From Accumulibacter sp. (GTDB lineage Bacteria > Pseudomonadota > Gammaproteobacteria > Burkholderiales > Rhodocyclaceae), in contig NZ_JAPUVR010000098.1 in assembly GCF_029255125.1 (NCBI RefSeq), forward strand, positions 6,927 through 70,926: a DNA stretch of 64,000 bases, read 5' to 3'. Every line of letters begins with the position of its first letter. Position 1 is the first letter of the stretch. Under the pieces are notes generated by a model. That model was given only the letters and a program-made list of their open reading frames with translations, was not told the DNA's origin and searched no databases. Positions 58,818-64,000 of this stretch are shown piece after piece. Position numbers and translations under genes: made by a program.

Positions 58818-58843
58818 GACGCACTCGCCGATCAATTGCTTAC
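58818..58843 (-). promoter_or_regulatory. Candidate ECF sigma promoter for the RiPP operon
   Basis: Minus strand GTAAGC-N16-CGTC, similar in layout to GTAACC-N16-CGAA of SigF/ECF16-type promoters. Confidence 0.5.
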
Positions 58844-58897
58844 AAGCCCCAGAAAAAAACTCGGCGCCTGCCTTGCCACTGAACAGCGCCGGTGCAG

Positions 58898-60586
58898 CTA
58901 ACGCGAGACGATGACGAGCAGGACGAGGTTGAGCAAGAGCGACGCTGCGGCAAGCACTTTCCAGGTGAGCAGCGGATTGCGCTGCGCCAGCGCCAGTCGG
59001 GCAGGAGGAGCGATTGGCCGCGTTGCACCGCGTTCGAGTGCCAGACGAAACTCCTCGGCGGTCGCGAAACGGTCGGCGGCGTCCCGCGCCACCGCCTTGA
59101 GCAGAATGTTCTCCAGCCAGCCCGGGGTGTCCGGACGCCAGCGCGTCGGGTGCACGGCCGCGGTGAAGCGCGGCGTCTGGAAGGCTTCGATCTCTCCATA
59201 CGGATACTTGCGCGTCAGCAGTTGGTAAAGGCTGACGCCGGCAGCGTAAAGGTCGAAACCCGCTGCAGGCGCGGCGCCGGCGAACAGCTCGGGCGCCATG
59301 TACGAGGGCGTGCCGGCGCGGCCGATGGTTTGCCCGCCTTCGTTTTCGGCGAGGCTGATAGCGACGCCAAGGTCGAGAATGCGCAGCGCACCGTCGTCAC
59401 CGAGATGGAGATTGTCGGGCTTGATGTCGCGATGGACGATGTCGAGCCGGTGCAGCAGGCCGATTCCCTTGAGGAGCGAGATGCCGAGACGGACGACCTC
59501 GGTGGCCGGGAAGTGCTGCCCGCAGGCGAGCCGGGCGGCCAGCGTTGCTCCCGGATGCCAGGTCGTCAGATAGTAAAGGGCGCTGCGTTGCTCGGCGGGG
59601 ATCACCTGCGGAAAGAAAGGCGAAACAACGCGCCGGGCGCGCCACTCCTCCATGAGCAGTGCGGCAGACGCCTCGGCGTCGCCGCCCATTCCCGGCTGCA
59701 GCGTCTTGAGGACGCACTGCTCGCCGCTGTCGGCCGCACGCACGCGATAGAGCAGCGTCTGGCGCGAGTCGTGGAGGATTTCTTCGACGCGCAGGCCGTC
59801 GATTTCGTGGCCGACCTTCATCCGGTGCGGCAGCGGCAAACCCCCGTCGCTCTCCAGGCTGTCGCGTAGCGTTGCCGACGGCAGTGCCAGGATATCGATG
59901 ACCAATGCCGTCGCGTTGTCGTGCCCGCCCTGGGCCAGCGCCAGGCTGCTCAGGGCGGCAGCAGCGGCTTGCGGCTCGGGGTGAGCAAGCAGCACCTCGG
60001 TGATCAGCGCATCCGGAAGAACGCCCCAGACGCCGTCGGTGACGAGCAGAAAACGGTCGTTGAGCGCCAGTTCGCCGTCGGCAAAATCGATCAGGACGCG
60101 CGCATCGAGACCGATCGCGCGCGACAGCACATGCGCAAGCTCGGGATGCTCCCAGACGTGGTCGGTGGTCAAGGCGTGCAAACGGCCGGCCTGCAGGCGG
60201 TAGATGCGGCTGTCGCCGATATGCGCCAGGTGGAAGCGCCGGCCGCGCAGGACCAGCGCCGAGAGTGTCGTCGCCATTCCGCTGAGCTCGGCGTTGCGGT
60301 TGGCCTCGGCGATGACCCAGCGGTTGAGCGCGCTGCTCACCGTCTCGATGGCGCGCGCGACGCTCCACGTATCGGGCGTCGCGAAGTAGTCGGAGAGCAG
60401 GCCGCGCACCGTGTATTCGGCGGCTTCACGGCCGCCGCGGTGACCGCCGATGCCGTCGGCGACCGCGGCGATCACCCCCTTGTTTGCCAGTTCGGCGCCG
60501 GTCGGCGTCGCCACGCCACAGAAATCCTCATTGCGCGCGCGCCGTCCGGTGAGCGACGAATGGCCGACAGCAACTTGCATTGGCAT
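58898..60586 (-). CDS. Bifunctional PP2C phosphatase / Ser/Thr protein kinase with C-terminal TM helix
   Basis: NEDF, ADGIGG, HIGDSR, TDGVW, DNAT (PP2C); VLK, HRDIKPDN, DLG, GTPSYMAPE (kinase). Confidence 0.92.
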   Translation of the reverse strand: MPMQVAVGHSSLTGRRARNEDFCGVATPTGAELANKGVIAAVADGIGGHRGGREAAEYTVRGLLSDYFATPDTWSVARAIETVSSALNRWVIAEANRNAELSGMATTLSALVLRGRRFHLAHIGDSRIYRLQAGRLHALTTDHVWEHPELAHVLSRAIGLDARVLIDFADGELALNDRFLLVTDGVWGVLPDALITEVLLAHPEPQAAAAALSSLALAQGGHDNATALVIDILALPSATLRDSLESDGGLPLPHRMKVGHEIDGLRVEEILHDSRQTLLYRVRAADSGEQCVLKTLQPGMGGDAEASAALLMEEWRARRVVSPFFPQVIPAEQRSALYYLTTWHPGATLAARLACGQHFPATEVVRLGISLLKGIGLLHRLDIVHRDIKPDNLHLGDDGALRILDLGVAISLAENEGGQTIGRAGTPSYMAPELFAGAAPAAGFDLYAAGVSLYQLLTRKYPYGEIEAFQTPRFTAAVHPTRWRPDTPGWLENILLKAVARDAADRFATAEEFRLALERGATRPIAPPARLALAQRNPLLTWKVLAAASLLLNLVLLVIVSR

Positions 60587-60659
60587 GGCGTTCCCTGATG
60601 AAACGGGCAGGGCAGCCGCTCGGCTGCACCGCCCAATGCTGGTTTGCCCGCACTCTACG

Positions 60660-61874
60660 TCAGATCTTCGCTGTCGTCAGATAGCTCGCCCCCCAGGTTG
60701 TCCGCCAGCGCGTCTTGACGCTGGTCAGCCCGAAAAACGCCAGGATGGCGAGCGCGGCGAAGATCATGAAACCGAGTTGATAGCTGCCGGTGAGTTGCTT
60801 CGAATAGCCCAGGCTGGACGCCAGATAGAAGCCGCCGACGCCGCCGGCCATGCCGACCAGCCCGGTCATGACGCCGATTTCCTTCTTGAAGCGCTGCGGC
60901 ACCAACTGGAAGACGGCGCCGTTGCCCATGCCGAGCGCCAGCATTGCGCAGACGAAGACGACCAGCGCCATCCAGGCGGCGGGCAGACCAACGCTGACCA
61001 CGGCGAGAAAGATTGCGGCGAGGATGTACATCACGCTGAGCGACTTTACGCCGCCAACGCGATCGGCGACGTAACCGCCGATCGGCCGCACGAGCGAACC
61101 GGCGAAGACACAACCGGCGGTAAAGAAGCCGGCCGTCTTCGGATCGAGGCCGTACTGCGTATTGAAGTAGATGACCAGCGACGAAGCGAGACCGACGAAG
61201 CCGCCGAAAGTCACCGAATAGAAGAACATGAACCACCAGGCGTCCTTGTCCTTGAGGACTTTCAGGTATTCGGCCAGCGTCTTCGGTGGCGGCGCGTCGG
61301 GCGCATCCTTGGCCATGAAGAGGAAGGCGACGAGGACGAGGACGAGCGGCACGAGCACGATCCCGAAGACATTGACCCAGCCGAAAGCGGCTGCCAGACC
61401 GGGAGCAAAGAGCGCGGCCAGCGCTGTGCCCGAGTTGCCTGCTCCGGCGATGCCCATCGCCGTTCCCTGATGCTCGGCCGGATACCAGCGCGAGGCGAGT
61501 GGCAGCGCGGCGGCAAACGAGGCGCCAGCCACCCCCAGGAAAAGACCGAGAAGCAGGACTTCCCGGTAGGAGTGAATGCCAATCTGCCAAGCGTAGGCCA
61601 TCGCGACGATGACGACAAGCTGGCCGATGATCGCCGCTTTTTTCGGCGACAGGCGGTCGACCAGAATGCCCATGACGATGCGCAGGAGCGCGCCGGCAAG
61701 CACCGGCGTGGCTACCATCAGCCCCTTCTCGGCGTGCGACAGGCCGAGATCGCGGGCGATGCCGACGCCAAGTGGACCGAGCAGGACCCAGACCATGAAG
61801 GCGAGGTCGAAGTAGAGGAAAGCCGCCAGCAGGGTTGGCAGGTGGCCGGCGCGCAGGAATGATTTCTTGTCCAC
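60660..61874 (-). CDS. narK: Nitrate/nitrite MFS transporter (NarK/NasA family)
   Basis: GHLPTLLAAFLYFD, GVAGASFA, GIAGAGNSG, TFGGFVG, LGMGNGAVFQ, GGVGGF; GTG start with RBS GAAGGA. Confidence 0.9.
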   Translation of the reverse strand: MDKKSFLRAGHLPTLLAAFLYFDLAFMVWVLLGPLGVGIARDLGLSHAEKGLMVATPVLAGALLRIVMGILVDRLSPKKAAIIGQLVVIVAMAYAWQIGIHSYREVLLLGLFLGVAGASFAAALPLASRWYPAEHQGTAMGIAGAGNSGTALAALFAPGLAAAFGWVNVFGIVLVPLVLVLVAFLFMAKDAPDAPPPKTLAEYLKVLKDKDAWWFMFFYSVTFGGFVGLASSLVIYFNTQYGLDPKTAGFFTAGCVFAGSLVRPIGGYVADRVGGVKSLSVMYILAAIFLAVVSVGLPAAWMALVVFVCAMLALGMGNGAVFQLVPQRFKKEIGVMTGLVGMAGGVGGFYLASSLGYSKQLTGSYQLGFMIFAALAILAFFGLTSVKTRWRTTWGASYLTTAKI

Positions 61875-61954
61875 TGCTTGTGTTCCTTCGTTGATGACCG
61901 CGATGACGGTCGCTGTACGGCGGCTGTCCGACTGGGGCACCGCCGCTCCTCTCC

Positions 61955-62266
61955 TCAGACGGCGAGAAAGACCTCGCCGTCCCTGACGCTTACCGCAAAG
62001 CTGCGGCACGACCCGACATCCGGTGCGACGGCCTGGCCGTCGTCGAGGCGGATGTTCCAGCCGTGCAGCGGGCAGCTCACCCGCTCGCCGTGCACGATTC
62101 CCTGCGAGAGCGGACCGCTCTTGTGCGGACACTTGTCGTGCAGGGCAAAGACCTGATCTGCCGCGGTACGGAACAGGGCAATGTCGCCGCTCTTGGTCCC
62201 TTGCACGACGCGCGACCCCAGGCGGGGAATTTCGTCCAGTTGGCAGATCCGTTTCCAGTTGCTCAT
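61955..62266 (-). CDS. nirD: Nitrite reductase small subunit (Rieske-type)
   Basis: IALFRT, DKCPHKSGPLSQG, CPLHGW. Confidence 0.92.
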   Translation of the reverse strand: MSNWKRICQLDEIPRLGSRVVQGTKSGDIALFRTAADQVFALHDKCPHKSGPLSQGIVHGERVSCPLHGWNIRLDDGQAVAPDVGSCRSFAVSVRDGEVFLAV

Positions 62267-62292
62267 TTCTTCATCTCCTCGTTGCCGTGAAC

Positions 62293-64000
62293 TCAGGCCT
62301 CGACGCGGAGCGGGACGAACTGCCTGACGGCATCGCCGGTGCGGCTCGTCTGCCAGGGGTCACGGGCGTTTTTCAGCGAGTCGAGCAAGCGCGCGTGCAG
62401 CGCTTGCCGACCCGGGTCGTCGGCGACGACCCGGCGCTTGACGTAGTCGAGGCCGACGCGCGCGAGAAAGTGGCAGGTGCGTTCGAGGTACCAGCCTTCT
62501 TCCCGATAGAGCTGCAGGAAAGCACCCGAGTACGCCATCACCTCCTCGTCGTGCTTCACTTTGCACAGAAACTGGGCGACCTCGGTCTTGATTCCTCCGT
62601 TGCCACCGACATAGAGCTCGTAGCCCGAATCGACGCCGATCACGCCGACATCCTTGATACCCGCTTCAGCGCAGTTGCGCGGGCAGCCGGAAACGGCCAG
62701 CTTGACCTTGTGCGGTGCATACATGTCGAACAGCATCCGCTCCAGCTTGATCCCCATGTCCATCGCCATCTGCGTGCCGAAGCGACAGTGCTCGGCACCA
62801 ACGCAGGTCTTCACGGTGCGGATCGATTTGCCGTAGGCGTGTCCCGAGACCATTCCGGCAGCGTTGAGGTCGGCCCAGATGCGCGGCAGATCCTCCTTCC
62901 GAATGCCCAAGAGATCGATGCGCTGGCCGCCGGTGAGCTTGACGGTCGGAACCTGGTACTTCTCGGCTGCGTCGGCAATCGCGCGCAGTTCGGCGGGCGT
63001 CGTCAGGCCGCCCCACATGCGCGGGACGACCGAGAAGGTGCCGTCTTTCTGGATGTTGGCGTGCGCACGTTCGTTGATGAAACGCGATTGCGGATCGTCC
63101 CTTGCCTCGTCGGGCCAGGTCGAGATCAGATAGTAGTTGACTGCCGGGCGGCATTTCTCGCACCCGTCCGGCGTCTTCCACTCCATGAAGGCGAAAACGG
63201 CTTCCTTGCTGGTCAGGTGCTGATCGCGGATGGTCTCGCGCACCAGCTTGTGCGGCAGCTCGGTACAGGCGCAGACGGGCTTCGTGTCGGAGCTTGCTGG
63301 CGTGTAGGCGCCGCCGATGGTCGACGCCAGGATCTGCTCGACCAGGCCGGCACACGAGCCGCAGGACGATGCCGCTTTCGTGTGCCGCTTCACCTCATCC
63401 AGCGTAAACAGGCCATTTTCCTTGATTCCCTTGATGATCGTGCCCTTGGATACACCGTTGCAGCCGCACACCTCGGCGCTCTCTGCGAGGCCGGCAGCCC
63501 GGCTGTTGCCCGCGTGACCGACATCGCCGACCAGCGACTGACCAAAGATCAGCGAGTCGCGAATGTCGTGGATGTCGCGCCTGTCCTTGAGCAACTGGAA
63601 GTACCACGGGCCATCGGCCGTGTCGCCGTAGAGCACGCTGCCGATCAACTTGTCGTCACGAATGACCAGCTTCTTGTAGACGCCGCCCGCCGGATCGTTG
63701 AGAACGATCTCCTCGGCGTCCTGGCCACCCATGTACTCGCCGGCCGAGAAGAGGTCGATGCCGGTGACCTTGAGCTTGGTCGAGGTGACCGAGCCGGTGT
63801 AGCGGGCAATTCCGTAGTCGGCCAAATGGTTGGCGGCCACCTTGGCCTGTTCGAAGAGCGGCGCGACCAGACCGTAGGCAATGCCGCGGTGGCTGACGCA
63901 CTCACCAACCGCATAGACCTTCGGGTCATACGTCTGCATCGTGTCGTTGACCACGATGCCGCGCTTGCAGTAGATGCCGGCGGCTTCCGCCAAGGCGTAG
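62293..64000 (-). CDS. nirB: Assimilatory NAD(P)H nitrite reductase large subunit, 5' part outside window
   Basis: VGECVSHRG, STKLKVTGIDLFSAG, two BFD-like CxC..C..C clusters, ANIQKDGTFSVVPR, KTCVG..C, SGCPRNC. Confidence 0.95.
   Translation of the reverse strand, partial: YALAEAAGIYCKRGIVVNDTMQTYDPKVYAVGECVSHRGIAYGLVAPLFEQAKVAANHLADYGIARYTGSVTSTKLKVTGIDLFSAGEYMGGQDAEEIVLNDPAGGVYKKLVIRDDKLIGSVLYGDTADGPWYFQLLKDRRDIHDIRDSLIFGQSLVGDVGHAGNSRAAGLAESAEVCGCNGVSKGTIIKGIKENGLFTLDEVKRHTKAASSCGSCAGLVEQILASTIGGAYTPASSDTKPVCACTELPHKLVRETIRDQHLTSKEAVFAFMEWKTPDGCEKCRPAVNYYLISTWPDEARDDPQSRFINERAHANIQKDGTFSVVPRMWGGLTTPAELRAIADAAEKYQVPTVKLTGGQRIDLLGIRKEDLPRIWADLNAAGMVSGHAYGKSIRTVKTCVGAEHCRFGTQMAMDMGIKLERMLFDMYAPHKVKLAVSGCPRNCAEAGIKDVGVIGVDSGYELYVGGNGGIKTEVAQFLCKVKHDEEVMAYSGAFLQLYREEGWYLERTCHFLARVGLDYVKRRVVADDPGRQALHARLLDSLKNARDPWQTSRTGDAVRQFVPLRVEA

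Noticed and set aside
60587-61954. ANTAR (NasT/NasR) twin hairpins in the nas intergenic gaps
   Set aside because: Short hairpins exist but lack the paired-hexaloop geometry, and the operon leader lies outside the window

Overview
High-GC betaproteobacterial chromosome segment. Gene content and order suggest Rhodocyclaceae, possibly Ca. Accumulibacter-like (inference only). The window opens in the 3' end of a Wadjet jetD-like defence gene. Core genes follow: thrC, rng, murJ, adk-kdsB-ycaR-lpxK-exbD-exbB, xseA, sodB, trkH, queC, plsB, maeB, pilBCD, aspS and nudB. Interspersed accessory loci are: (1) a secreted caspase-like/MORN-repeat protein; (2) a K+-independent H+-pyrophosphatase fused to a C-terminal OmpA-like peptidoglycan-binding domain; (3) a copper/NO neighbourhood of DUF2946-like + cusCBA efflux, a stand-alone phospholipase D-FHA fusion, an OprC-like TonB-dependent Cu receptor, and qNOR with nsrR and tandem NsrR boxes; (4) an EF-G paralogue; (5) a barnase/barstar-like pair translationally coupled to nudB; (6) a DUF692 (MNIO) RiPP cluster of the bufferin type with a 6-Cys precursor, an intercistronic hairpin, an ECF-type promoter, no DoxX gene and an 8-Cys CWC protein in the fourth position; and (7) the 3' part of a nitrate/nitrite assimilation operon (nirB-nirD-narK) ending in a PP2C-Ser/Thr kinase fusion. 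I found no rRNA, tRNA, CRISPR array or intact IS element. All calls come from motif recognition by eye; no database searches were run.
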